NCBI GenBank assembly: GCA_963788135.1
Contig: CAWBFT010000049.1
Span: forward strand, 318,546 to 382,545
Origin: an uncultured Gammaproteobacteria bacterium
Lineage (GTDB): Bacteria; Pseudomonadota; Gammaproteobacteria; Methylococcales; Methylomonadaceae
Length of the DNA stretch: 64,000 nucleotides
Direction of reading: 5' to 3'
Shown: piece by piece, positions 1 through 10,270 of the stretch
Position numbering within the stretch: the first letter of the stretch is position 1
Layout: every line of letters begins with the position of its first letter
The notes under the pieces: generated by a model
Seen by the model: the letters and a program-made list of their open reading frames with translations, nothing else
What the model was told of the DNA's origin: nothing
Databases searched by the model: none
Translations under genes and position numbers: made by a program

Positions 1-1122
<1,122 letters not shown>

Positions 1123-1363
1123 TAACACCCAATAAGCTTGGGTAGTGAGTTGGCACTGCTAAAGTAAGAGAACACACGGTACAGATTTCCATGTAAGCCC
1201 CAAGGTAAGGCAAAAAAGCCAAACCAAGAGGCTAAAAGAGTTGAGTAGCGGAAGCCAGAAAGCCGACGCCAAAAAAGTAGGGACAAAAAAATGAAAACGC
1301 ACTCAGTGAAAAGCACCGCTTTCACCCAGAAGCTTTCAGGGTTATCCTACTTTTAACACCGAA

Positions 1364-1484
1364 TTGCTTGGTGACCATAGCGAGCGTGAACCACCCGATC
1401 CCATCCCGAACTCGGAAGTGAAACCGCTTAGCGCCGATGATAGTGTGGCAGTTTGCCATGTGAAAGTAGGGAATCGCCAAGCGC
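1364..1484 (+). rRNA. rrf: 5S ribosomal RNA
   Basis: About 120 nt matching 5S along its length (TTGCTTGGTGACCATAGCGAGCG...CCGAACTCGGAAGTGAAAC...AGTAGGGAATCGCCAAGCGCC). Ends approximate, +/-3 nt. Confidence 0.9.
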
Positions 1485-1487
1485 CTA

Positions 1488-1548
1488 AACCAAAAGCCCA
1501 AAAGCCCAAAAGCCCAAAAGCCCAAAAGCCCAAAAGCCCAGAAGTCCT
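1488..1548 (+). repeat. Tandem 8-mer microsatellite (CCCAAAAG)x~6.5 in the rRNA 3' trailer
   Basis: Direct reading: aaaccaaaagcccaaaagcccaaaagcccaaaagcccaaaagcccaaaagcccagaag. Confidence 0.9.
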
Positions 1549-1570
1549 ACAGGACCCTGGGCTTTTTTTT
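1545..1570 (+). terminator. Rho-independent terminator of the rRNA operon
   Basis: Hairpin CCCAGAAGTCCTACAGGACCCTGGG followed by a T8 run. Confidence 0.75.
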
Positions 1571-2220
1571 GCCCTAAACCTAATGCCTTTGGAAAGGTTA
1601 ACAACATGTTTTATAGTAATTCAGCGGTCAAAAAAAGCGCATTATCTTAGGGGGTAGAGATAATGCCCGGATTCAAAAAGAAAGCAGGTTTACTACGAGG
1701 AGTTAATCAACGTGGTGCGTTTGATACAATTAAAGCATTAACTATGTCATTTTTACATAAATAATTATATAAAAATAGAACAACAGGTTATAAAAGATTA
1801 GGCAGGAATGTTAACTTTCACTCAAAGATAGCGACCCAAAAATAGACCCTTGTGACACTATTTGTCCAGGGGTAACCGGCACCGGTGGCAAAAAAAGGAA
1901 TTTTATTGGTCGGACTTTATTATCTCATCATGAGTCTGTGGCCTATGGCGAGAGGTTGTACTGTCACCTCGGGTGTCAAAGGAGCCATCCAGAACCATGA
2001 ATGAGCTTACAATTTGCAATGGGATTTTCGGCCGATCTTCCCAAAATGGTTGATTTGAGCCACGGTCGGCTTTGGAGGAGCACCAATAAAAAACGTATCC
2101 TATTGAATATATAAGAGTATTATTGAATATTAAAGTAACTTTGCTGGTGTGCTTAAATAACTCAGGAACTGACAAAATCAGGACTATATGTTAATCTAGT
2201 TTATAAGATAAACTAGAACT

Positions 2221-2472
2221 GTGAATTCAACAATGATTACTGTAGGCGCATTTGAAGCCAAAACACATTTGTCTTCCTTGCTTGAACGTGTAGCACAAGG
2301 CGAAGAAATCGTCATCACCCGGCATGGGAAACCATTGGCACGGCTTATTCCAATTGCTGTCGCTGACCGATCTCGAATCGACTTGGCTATTTCAAAATTA
2401 AAGACTCTCCGTAAAGGCTGCAACCTTGGAGGATTGTCGTGGCAAGAACTTCGTGACGAAGGCCGTCGATGA
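2221..2472 (+). CDS. Type II antitoxin, Phd/YefM family
   Basis: About 80 aa. The motif ITVGAFEAKTHLSSLLERVAQGEEIVITRHGKPLARLIP is typical of Phd/YefM antitoxins. 4-bp ATGA overlap with the downstream PIN toxin. The ORF opens with GTG at 2221; an ATG at 2233 is the more likely start. Confidence 0.8.
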   Translation: MNSTMITVGAFEAKTHLSSLLERVAQGEEIVITRHGKPLARLIPIAVADRSRIDLAISKLKTLRKGCNLGGLSWQELRDEGRR

Positions 2473-2885
2473 CTGGATTTGTCCTTGATTGTTCCATAGC
2501 CGTTTCTTGGTGCTTTGAAGATGAGGCGTCCGAGGTCTGTGACGCTTTATTGGAGCGCGTCAGGGACGAATGGGCTTTAGTGCCTTCCTTATGGCATCTT
2601 GAATTGGGAAACGTGATGGTACAGGCTGAACGCCGAGGTCGGATCATGTCGGCGGATGTATCAACCCGGCTTGAACTGATTGGTGATTTGCCTATAGTCA
2701 CTGATGACGAAACGCCACTAAGAGCCTTGCATGAAATCCTTGCACTTGCCCGTGCAGAAAACCTAACCACCTACGATGCCGCTTATTTGGAACTGGCGAT
2801 AAGGCGGGGTTTGCCCCTGGCGACTAACGATAAGCGTTTACGGAGCGCAGGCACCAATACAGGGGTTAAAATTATCCCTGATTAA
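2469..2885 (+). CDS. vapC: VapC-type PIN-domain toxin (ribonuclease)
   Basis: 138 aa. PIN-like acidic residues (DCSIAVSW...E...D...TYDAAYLELA...TND) and translational coupling to the antitoxin. Confidence 0.8.
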   Translation: MTGFVLDCSIAVSWCFEDEASEVCDALLERVRDEWALVPSLWHLELGNVMVQAERRGRIMSADVSTRLELIGDLPIVTDDETPLRALHEILALARAENLTTYDAAYLELAIRRGLPLATNDKRLRSAGTNTGVKIIPD

Positions 2886-3152
2886 GTGGATAAGTAAATT
2901 ACCAATCCCGGGTATCAGCTTTCTCCTTACCGGTCACTCAAAAAAATATTATTTTCACTTTAATGAATGTGAATTTTCGACCCCAAGCAGCCCTTTGACT
3001 ATGTCAGAATCCTATGTCTGCAATAATTCCTTTAGCTGATGTGCAATTTTTTATCCACAACAATCCAAAGAAGATGGTGTAACAGCTAAACAAAATCCCG
3101 ATGTCTGATGGTGACTTAAAAACATCATTCCAAGGCCCTTTACTCATAATTA

Positions 3153-4583
3153 TCAAGGCTTTTTCATTTCCCAGCCGCCCCCAAGTGCTTTGTATATAGC
3201 AACCAGATTTAAGCTAACGACACGTTCGCTACGTATCAACCCATCTTGGGAGTTAAATAAAACACGTTGCGCATCGAGCAAATCGAGATAGCTAGCCCAA
3301 CCCTTGTTGTAGCGCTGGGTGGCTAGTTCCACAGCCCTTTGATTAGCAGTAACTTCTTGCTGTAACAGTTGGTAGTGTTCCTGCTCTTTTGCATAGGTTA
3401 CTAATGCGGTCTCAACCTCTTCAAATGCAGTGAGGACTATCTTTTGATAATTCAGTTGTGCCTGATCTTGAGCCTCTATCTGAGCGTTGAGGTTGGCAAG
3501 CACTCGGCCAGCATCAAAAATCCGCCATTGGACAGTTGGCCCGATAGACCATGTGCGACTGCCGGGAAGAAAAAAATCACTTGCGCTGATGCTAGTGGCG
3601 CCTACCGATCCGGTGAGTGAAAACTTCGGGAAAAGCTCGGCTTTTACTTGCCCGATACGAGCCGTCTCGGCGGCGAGCAATCGCTCGGCTCGCAAAACGT
3701 CGGGGCGGCGAAGCAGCAGCTCCGACGGCAATCCGACCGGTACTTGCGGCGGCGGTGCCGGAATAGCCGCTGTTACGGACAGTTCCGTATTCAAGGCATC
3801 GGGGTTTTTCGCAAGCAGTACACTCAGGTGGTAAATCAACGAATGAATCGAGGATTCGATCGTCGGTACTTGCGATCGAATGCTCGCCAGCAGTGCAAGT
3901 GCTCTTTGCAATTCCAATTCTGCCGCTGATCCATGATCAACGCGGCTCCTGGTGATATTGACCGTTTCTTCTTGCGCTTTAATCTGGTTTTGGAGAATGG
4001 ATAATTGTCGCTGGGCGCCTCGGGTTTGCAGGTAATATCGTGCCACCTCAGATAGTAAGCTGACCATAACGTCGCGCTGGCCGTATTCCGTCGCGGTCAA
4101 CTCAGCTGTTGCCGCTTCGATTGCCCGACGTTTGCCGCCAAAGATATCGATTTCCCACGAAGCGTCGAATCCGGCTTTGTAAACATTGTTTTCAAAAGGA
4201 GTGTTGGATGATTTTGGCAATGATCCCAGAATAGGCTGATTTTCACTTTGTTTTTGCCGGGCATAGGAGCCGGAGGCACTCAGCGTCGGCCAAAAGTCCG
4301 CTTCAGCAAAGCCCTGTTGTTCTCGAGCTTGACGGACGCGGGCCTCGGCGATGCGTAGGTCAAGATTGGCCTTGACCGCTCGCTCGATCAGGGAGTCCAA
4401 TTCGGCATCGTGAAAGAGCTTCCACCATTCGTCGATCTGATCATTTTGGCTGGCGATGCTGTCGGAAAGGTTGCCGCTCCATTGCGCGGGTGCATCGAAA
4501 ATGGGGAGCTGATAGTCCGGGCCAACGGTACAGCCGGCTGCCAGGAGCATAAATAATGCGGAGATCTCTGCTTTTGTTTTCAT
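3153..4583 (-). CDS. Efflux outer-membrane lipoprotein, NodT/OprM family
   Basis: Lipoprotein signal ...LLAAGCTVGPDYQLP, the classic NodT N-terminus. Two OEP repeats. Start taken at MKTKAEIS (ATG at 4583 with GGAA RBS); the ORF could extend to 4661. Confidence 0.85.
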   Translation of the reverse strand: MKTKAEISALFMLLAAGCTVGPDYQLPIFDAPAQWSGNLSDSIASQNDQIDEWWKLFHDAELDSLIERAVKANLDLRIAEARVRQAREQQGFAEADFWPTLSASGSYARQKQSENQPILGSLPKSSNTPFENNVYKAGFDASWEIDIFGGKRRAIEAATAELTATEYGQRDVMVSLLSEVARYYLQTRGAQRQLSILQNQIKAQEETVNITRSRVDHGSAAELELQRALALLASIRSQVPTIESSIHSLIYHLSVLLAKNPDALNTELSVTAAIPAPPPQVPVGLPSELLLRRPDVLRAERLLAAETARIGQVKAELFPKFSLTGSVGATSISASDFFLPGSRTWSIGPTVQWRIFDAGRVLANLNAQIEAQDQAQLNYQKIVLTAFEEVETALVTYAKEQEHYQLLQQEVTANQRAVELATQRYNKGWASYLDLLDAQRVLFNSQDGLIRSERVVSLNLVAIYKALGGGWEMKKP

Positions 4584-4633
4584 AGGAAATTCCGTCGATG
4601 GGTCGTCATTAGGCAGGTTTTGGAATTCGACAT

Positions 4634-5740
4634 TCAGGCTAAGCGATGGCGGAATAACCAATTGGCCGAACTCAATGTCACGATGGCGATGATGATGAGT
4701 GGATATACATTAGGCAGCAATGCGATAGGGTCGATGTCCTTGAGGAAAAGTCCCTTTACGATGACGATGAAATGCCGTAATGGATTGATCCAATCCAGGT
4801 ATTGCAGCCAGCTAGGCATGTTGTCGACCGGCGAGGCATAACCGGATAGCATGATGGTCGGCATCACAAAGCAGAAAACCCCAAGAAACGCTTGTTGTTG
4901 CGTGGCACAAACCGATGAAATTAACAGTCCGAATCCAGCCAACGCCAAACAGTAAAAAATCATGCTGCTGTAAAGGAGCAACAGCGATCCCGCAAACGGA
5001 ACCCGATAAATAAAAATGGCGCCCAGCAAAATGATCGTCCCCTGCACGATAGCCACCAGAACGGCTGGAATAATTTTTCCGATCATAATCATCCCGGGCG
5101 TCAGCGGCGAGATTAGCAGTTGATCGAGCGTACCTTGTTCGCGTTCGCGTGCTACCGAAAGTGCCGTGACGATCAGCGCGTTGATCGACGTGATAATGGC
5201 GATCAGGCTGGGCAGTATATGCCAGACATAGTTCAGATTGGGATTAAACCAGTGACGAACAACCAAGGACGACGGTACATTCTTTTGCTGCAATTTAAAC
5301 CGCTCGTTGCTGTAGTCGTTGACGATTTGTTGCACGTAACCGAGGGCGATTTGACCGCTGTTGGAGCGGCGACCGTCGAGTATGGCTTGAATCTTCGGTG
5401 GACGGCCGGCCGCAATATCGCGCGAAAAATCCGGCGGAAAACGGATCACGATCAGCGCCTCCTGGTTGTCGATGGCATAACGCACCTCGGCTTCGCTGTA
5501 CAGCGCAAGTAGTTGGCTAAAGGCTTGTGCCTGTGAGAAACGCTGCATCAATTCCACGGACTCGCGACCGGAATCTTCGTTGTAAATTGCCAGCGTGTTG
5601 TTCTTGACTTCCAACGTCGCCGCAAAGGGGAACAAGGCCAGTTGCAGGATGACCGGCACGATCAAAACCATGCGGCTTTGCCGGTCTTGCAGCAGCATCT
5701 CAAGTTCCTTAATGATGAGTGTCAGGATGCGTGAAACCAT
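4634..5740 (-). CDS. ABC-2 type transporter permease (YbhR-like)
   Basis: Start MVSRILTLIIKELEM; six TM segments at the C-terminus. ATG at 5740 overlaps the upstream gene stop (TAA 5743-5745). The 172-codon N-terminal extension in the ORF track overlaps the upstream gene and is judged non-coding. Confidence 0.8.
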   Translation of the reverse strand: MVSRILTLIIKELEMLLQDRQSRMVLIVPVILQLALFPFAATLEVKNNTLAIYNEDSGRESVELMQRFSQAQAFSQLLALYSEAEVRYAIDNQEALIVIRFPPDFSRDIAAGRPPKIQAILDGRRSNSGQIALGYVQQIVNDYSNERFKLQQKNVPSSLVVRHWFNPNLNYVWHILPSLIAIITSINALIVTALSVAREREQGTLDQLLISPLTPGMIMIGKIIPAVLVAIVQGTIILLGAIFIYRVPFAGSLLLLYSSMIFYCLALAGFGLLISSVCATQQQAFLGVFCFVMPTIMLSGYASPVDNMPSWLQYLDWINPLRHFIVIVKGLFLKDIDPIALLPNVYPLIIIAIVTLSSANWLFRHRLA

Positions 5741-5742
5741 TA

Positions 5743-6870
5743 TTACTCCAAACGGCGGCGGGTTTTCAGCGCCGTCAGGCCAATGAAGAAACTGCCGGCA
5801 AACATCAGAAACATGCCGCTGTGTAACAAAATAGGCGCAACATTGCCGGCTTGAAAAAGCGTCTGGAGGGCAGTCACAAAATAGCGGGCCGGTATCAGAT
5901 AGGTGGCGCCTTGAATCACGGCGGGCATGCTGCGGATTTCGAACAGAAAACCCGAGAGCATCATAGCGGGCAGAAAGGCGGCATTGAGGGCTGCTTGGGC
6001 GGCGACGAACTGGTTGCGCAGCACGGTGGAAAGCAGCAACCCCAATCCAAGACTGCTCGCCAGAAACAGCGAGCCTATCCCCCATAAAATCAGTAGCGAA
6101 CCGCGAAACGGCACATGCATCATCAAGGCCGCGACACCGACGCACAAGAACAGCGAGACAATGCCCAGCACATAATAAGGCAACAGCTTGCTTAACAGCA
6201 GTTCGGTCCGGGTCACCGGCGAGGCCAGCAGCGCTTCCATCGTGCCGCGCTCCCATTCGCGTGCTACCACGAGTGAAGTCAGCAGTGCACCGATCACCGT
6301 CATGATGATGGTAATCGATCCCGGAATCAGGAAGTTCCGGCTTTCAGCAGCGGGGTTAAACCAAAAGCGCGGTTCGATGCTAATGCCGGGTGGCGTCAGT
6401 TCGCCCCGTTCGCGGGCACGTAGCTGCATCCAGCCAGTCCAGGCAGCGATCACATAATTTTGCACGAAGTTGGCGGTGTTGGGTTCCGAGCCGTCCGTCA
6501 CCACCAGTAGCGGCGCGGTGCCGGTCGGCTGTTTGAGTTTTTCGGCAAAATCTAACGGCACCACCACAAAGCCGCGTACCCGGCCTTCGGTCAGCGCCTG
6601 CCCGATCTCAGTCTGCGTTTCGGCGGTATGAACGAAAAAATAGGGTGAGCCGTAAAGGTTGTCAGCAAAATGTCTGGCCTCCGGACTGGTGTCTTCAAGC
6701 ACTAAGCCAATATGTACGGCGGTAGAATCCAGGTTGATGCCATAACCGAAAATGAACATCATCACCACTGGCAGTACGAAGGCGATCAGATTGCTACTGG
6801 GATCGCGCAAGATTTGCCAAGTTTCCTTTCGGCATAACGCGGACAAACGACGGAAGGAAATGGATTTCAT
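5743..6870 (-). CDS. ABC-2 type transporter permease (YbhS-like)
   Basis: Start MKSISFRRLSALCRKETWQILRDP (ATG at 6870, overlapping the ATPase stop as ATGA). ABC-2 permease topology. Confidence 0.8.
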   Translation of the reverse strand: MKSISFRRLSALCRKETWQILRDPSSNLIAFVLPVVMMFIFGYGINLDSTAVHIGLVLEDTSPEARHFADNLYGSPYFFVHTAETQTEIGQALTEGRVRGFVVVPLDFAEKLKQPTGTAPLLVVTDGSEPNTANFVQNYVIAAWTGWMQLRARERGELTPPGISIEPRFWFNPAAESRNFLIPGSITIIMTVIGALLTSLVVAREWERGTMEALLASPVTRTELLLSKLLPYYVLGIVSLFLCVGVAALMMHVPFRGSLLILWGIGSLFLASSLGLGLLLSTVLRNQFVAAQAALNAAFLPAMMLSGFLFEIRSMPAVIQGATYLIPARYFVTALQTLFQAGNVAPILLHSGMFLMFAGSFFIGLTALKTRRRLE

Positions 6871-8597
6871 ATCGAGACCTCCGAAGTATGCTGTTGAACC
6901 AGAGAGATAAACGCATCTTCCATCGATGGATCGGGATTCTGCGGGGATGCGATTTGCTCCTTGAGTTGGTCTGGAGAACCTGCCGCAATAATTTTGCCGC
7001 GAAACACCAAAGCGATGCGGTCGCAATATTCAGCTTCGTCCATGAAATGCGTCGTGACCATGACGGTGACACCCTTTTCGACGATGCCGTTTATATGGGT
7101 CCAAAACTCACGGCGCGTCACCGGGTCAACACCAGAAGTGGGTTCGTCCAGAAACAGAATTGCCGGCTGATGCATGACGGCGCAGGCCAACGCTAAGCGC
7201 TGCTTGAATCCGAGCGGCAGGGTATCGGGCGTCGTGCCAAGATACGGTTGTAGTCTGAATACCTCGATCATCTCCGCCATAACAGCTTTCTGCCTTGAAC
7301 CGCGTAAACCGTAAACGCCGGAAAAAAACTTCAGGTTCTGTTCGATTGTCAGATTACTGTACAGCGAAAATTTCTGCGCCATGTATCCCAGACACTGGCG
7401 TGCGGCACTGCCGCTGGTTTTAAGATCGATGCCCATGACTCGCGCCGCACCGGAGGTGGGCGCCAACAGTCCGCACATCATTCGAAACGTCGTCGATTTA
7501 CCGGCACCGTTCGGGCCGAGCAGGCCGAAAATTTCGCCGCGTTTGACCTCAAAACTAACCTGGTCGGTTGCAGTAAAGTCGCCAAAACGTTTGGTTAGAG
7601 CCACCGCTTCCACAACAGTATCGTCGGCGCCGAGCACAGGATTCAGGCTTTGCGCAAGAACCGAATCGCCTCCTGGACCCCCACCTAAGGCCTCGATAAA
7701 TGCATCCTCGAAGCGCGGCAAAACGGGCACGAGTTCCGCCTCGTCACCGGCGTCGAGTTCCTTGAGATTGGGATAGTCTGCACCTTCACGGAGCACTAGA
7801 CGGACCGCGTGACCTTGAATGACCCCGTCAGAGACTTCAGGCAAGCGCAAAGCTCTAGCGAGCAATTGCCGACGGTTGCCGGTTATCTGCCTGATTTGCA
7901 GGCTGCGATCATGAATACGCTGAGTAAGCTCCGCTGGCTTGCCGGAGAAGATCAACTGACCCTCGTTCATCAGTAACACTTCCGCACATAATTCGGCTTC
8001 ATCCAGATATGCCGTGCTCCAGACGACTGCCATGCCCTGCGCGATCAACTCATGGACCATTTTCCACAATTCGCGGCGCGAAATCGGATCGACGCCCACA
8101 CTTGGTTCGTCCAGCAGTAATAACTTAGGGCGACCCAACAGCGCGCAAGCAAGCCCGAGCTTTTGTTTCATACCGCCGGATAGATTGCCGGCTAATCGTG
8201 AGGTGAAGCGGGCAAGATCGGTAAATTCCAGGAGGCGTTTGAATGTAGTAACGCGCTCCTCACCCATCAACTCCCGCAGATCTGCGTGGAGTTCGAGATT
8301 TTCGATCACGGACAAATCTTCGTAAAGGCCAAATTTTTGCGGCATGTAGCCGATAAAGGTACGTAGCTGATCTACGTCGCGAATCGGATCGAAATGGTCT
8401 ACGGAAATCCTGCCGGAAGTCGGTGCTAGTAATCCGGCCATAAGCCGAATGAGCGTGGTTTTGCCTGCCCCGTCAGGCCCTACCAAACCGGTAATCTGAC
8501 CCGGCTTTAACACGGACGAGATGCCATCCAGCGCAGGCTTAGCTGTGTTGGGAAATATTTTTCGGACTGTGTCGAGTACTACCAAGGCATCGGTCAT
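6867..8597 (-). CDS. ABC transporter ATP-binding protein with two tandem ATPase domains (YbhF-like)
   Basis: 576 aa. Two Walker A motifs (GPDGAGKTT, GPNGAGKST) and two signature motifs (LSGGMKQKL, LPLGFKQRL). Confidence 0.9.
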   Translation of the reverse strand: MTDALVVLDTVRKIFPNTAKPALDGISSVLKPGQITGLVGPDGAGKTTLIRLMAGLLAPTSGRISVDHFDPIRDVDQLRTFIGYMPQKFGLYEDLSVIENLELHADLRELMGEERVTTFKRLLEFTDLARFTSRLAGNLSGGMKQKLGLACALLGRPKLLLLDEPSVGVDPISRRELWKMVHELIAQGMAVVWSTAYLDEAELCAEVLLMNEGQLIFSGKPAELTQRIHDRSLQIRQITGNRRQLLARALRLPEVSDGVIQGHAVRLVLREGADYPNLKELDAGDEAELVPVLPRFEDAFIEALGGGPGGDSVLAQSLNPVLGADDTVVEAVALTKRFGDFTATDQVSFEVKRGEIFGLLGPNGAGKSTTFRMMCGLLAPTSGAARVMGIDLKTSGSAARQCLGYMAQKFSLYSNLTIEQNLKFFSGVYGLRGSRQKAVMAEMIEVFRLQPYLGTTPDTLPLGFKQRLALACAVMHQPAILFLDEPTSGVDPVTRREFWTHINGIVEKGVTVMVTTHFMDEAEYCDRIALVFRGKIIAAGSPDQLKEQIASPQNPDPSMEDAFISLVQQHTSEVSI

Positions 8598-9601
8598 AAC
8601 GGGGCAGAATTGCTCAACGTGCTTTCATCCAGGTTGACGGTTATCGGCATACCCTGACGCAGTCTGTCATCGGGATTTTCCACGACAATCCGTAAGCGAT
8701 AGACGAGCGAAGAGCGCAGTTCCGTCGTCTCCACGGTTTTTGGGGTAAATTCGGCACGCGGAGAAATGTAACCTATCTGACCCTTATAACGCTTGCCGCC
8801 GGAGGAGTCGGTAACGATTTCGACCTTCATGCCCGGATGTATTCGGCCTAAATCGGGCTCGTGGACATAGGCGCGTACCCAAACTGGATTCACCAGGGAA
8901 AGTGTGAAAACCGGTGTGCCTGCTTGCAAAATGGCACCTGCCTCTTGTGCTCGGGTGAGAATGACGCCATCGGACGGTGCGGTTAATACCGCGTCATTCA
9001 ATTGCAAACTGGCAGTGGCCAGTGCGGCTTCAGTTTGTGCAAGATCGGCCTTGGCTTGGGAAATATCCTCGGTTCTAAACCCGGCTTCGAGGAGCGCCAG
9101 GTTATCGTGCGCTGATTTCAGTCTTGCCTGCGCCTCTTTGTGGTTGGCCTCGGCATTGTCGCGTTCCTGGCTCGAGACGCCTTTGTCGGCCAGTAATTCT
9201 TCGGCCCGCTGGAATAAGCGCTCGGCATTGATGGCAGTGGCCTCGCGCTCGCGGACGAGCGAGCGGGCTTGAGCGATCTCTTGCGGGCGATTGCCGGCTT
9301 CCCTTAACCTCAAACGCGCTCGCAACGAGTCAACCTGAGCCTGAGCGCTGGTGACCTGATTGCGATAAGGCTCGCCGTCCAGGCTGGCCATCACATCTCC
9401 CGCTTTGACCTTATCCCCCTCGTCGTAAAGAAGTTTCGCCAGCTTGCCTGGAACGCGAAAACCGAGGGTGACTTCGCGTATATCCACGTTGCCGTATAGT
9501 GTCAGCTTGATCTTATTCTGGCCGCGAAACGTGAGATAAACCCAGCTTGCACTGCCCACAATAATTAGCAAAACGATCACAAAAGGGATGATCTTTTTCA
9601 C
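8594..9601 (-). CDS. HlyD-family membrane fusion / secretion protein (YbhG-like)
   Basis: N-terminal TM segment, long coiled coil and a C-terminal beta-barrel domain. 4-bp overlaps with both neighbours. Confidence 0.85.
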   Translation of the reverse strand: MKKIIPFVIVLLIIVGSASWVYLTFRGQNKIKLTLYGNVDIREVTLGFRVPGKLAKLLYDEGDKVKAGDVMASLDGEPYRNQVTSAQAQVDSLRARLRLREAGNRPQEIAQARSLVREREATAINAERLFQRAEELLADKGVSSQERDNAEANHKEAQARLKSAHDNLALLEAGFRTEDISQAKADLAQTEAALATASLQLNDAVLTAPSDGVILTRAQEAGAILQAGTPVFTLSLVNPVWVRAYVHEPDLGRIHPGMKVEIVTDSSGGKRYKGQIGYISPRAEFTPKTVETTELRSSLVYRLRIVVENPDDRLRQGMPITVNLDESTLSNSAPL

Positions 9602-10164
9602 AATGATGCCTCATCAATGATTTGTGTTAGCAACAGCCGGAGCCCGGCCAAGTCCTGCTCTGAGGGATGCAGGATGCCGAAAATTCTCCAAAATTTAAGC
9701 CCATCCAGGGCAGCGAGAACCAGCCAACTTCGATCGGCAGGCAAGCCTTCATCAAGCATTCCTTGATGTACCCCCTGGAAAAAACGTTGCATCGGCTCCA
9801 GCATTTTCTGATTGCTGGACACGGCCCCTAACAATGGTCCGGCCACGCGTTGTAGCCGGGGAAATAGAGAACCCTCGGTATCCAACATCATATGTAGCAT
9901 CGTCCTGGCGTGTCGCCCCCGTCCAGGAGGCTCGCACGCCAAACCGGCGGCAAACCTTTCCTGAACGATGGAAGCGATGCGCGAAACCATACCCAGCACG
10001 AGAGCGTCTTTAGAGGGGAAGTGATAAAGAAGCCCACCTTTGCTAATGCCGGCTCTCGCAGCAACTGCCTCTAAGGTCATCGAATTGACGCCTTGCTCTA
10101 TCACGACGGCTTCGGCTGCATCGAGCAGACGTTCGCGGGTATTGGTTTTTTGAGTTCGTTTCAT
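9598..10164 (-). CDS. TetR-family transcriptional regulator (CecR/YbiH-like)
   Basis: N-terminal TetR HTH (RERLLDAAEAVVIEQGVNSMTLEAVAARAGISKGGLLYHF). First gene of the operon. Confidence 0.85.
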   Translation of the reverse strand: MKRTQKTNTRERLLDAAEAVVIEQGVNSMTLEAVAARAGISKGGLLYHFPSKDALVLGMVSRIASIVQERFAAGLACEPPGRGRHARTMLHMMLDTEGSLFPRLQRVAGPLLGAVSSNQKMLEPMQRFFQGVHQGMLDEGLPADRSWLVLAALDGLKFWRIFGILHPSEQDLAGLRLLLTQIIDEASL

Positions 10165-10176
10165 ACGACCATATAC

Positions 10177-10196
10177 TATACCGTCTGGACGGTATA
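10177..10196. promoter_or_regulatory. Putative TetR operator palindrome upstream of the tetR gene
   Basis: TATACCGTC-TG-GACGGTATA, 9-bp inverted arms with a 2-nt spacer, overlapping a TATAAT -10-like hexamer. Confidence 0.55.
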
Positions 10197-10270
10197 ATCA
10201 ATAGCCATCACAGCTTGCTTCGACGCGTTGGTAATACGTGTCGGTTACCGCGGCCGAAATGAACCATTCA

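Noticed and set aside
1903-2175. 90-aa minus-strand ORF between the rrn terminator and the TA module
   Set aside because: AT-rich low-complexity translation with no RBS and no recognisable motifs. It is probably intergenic.
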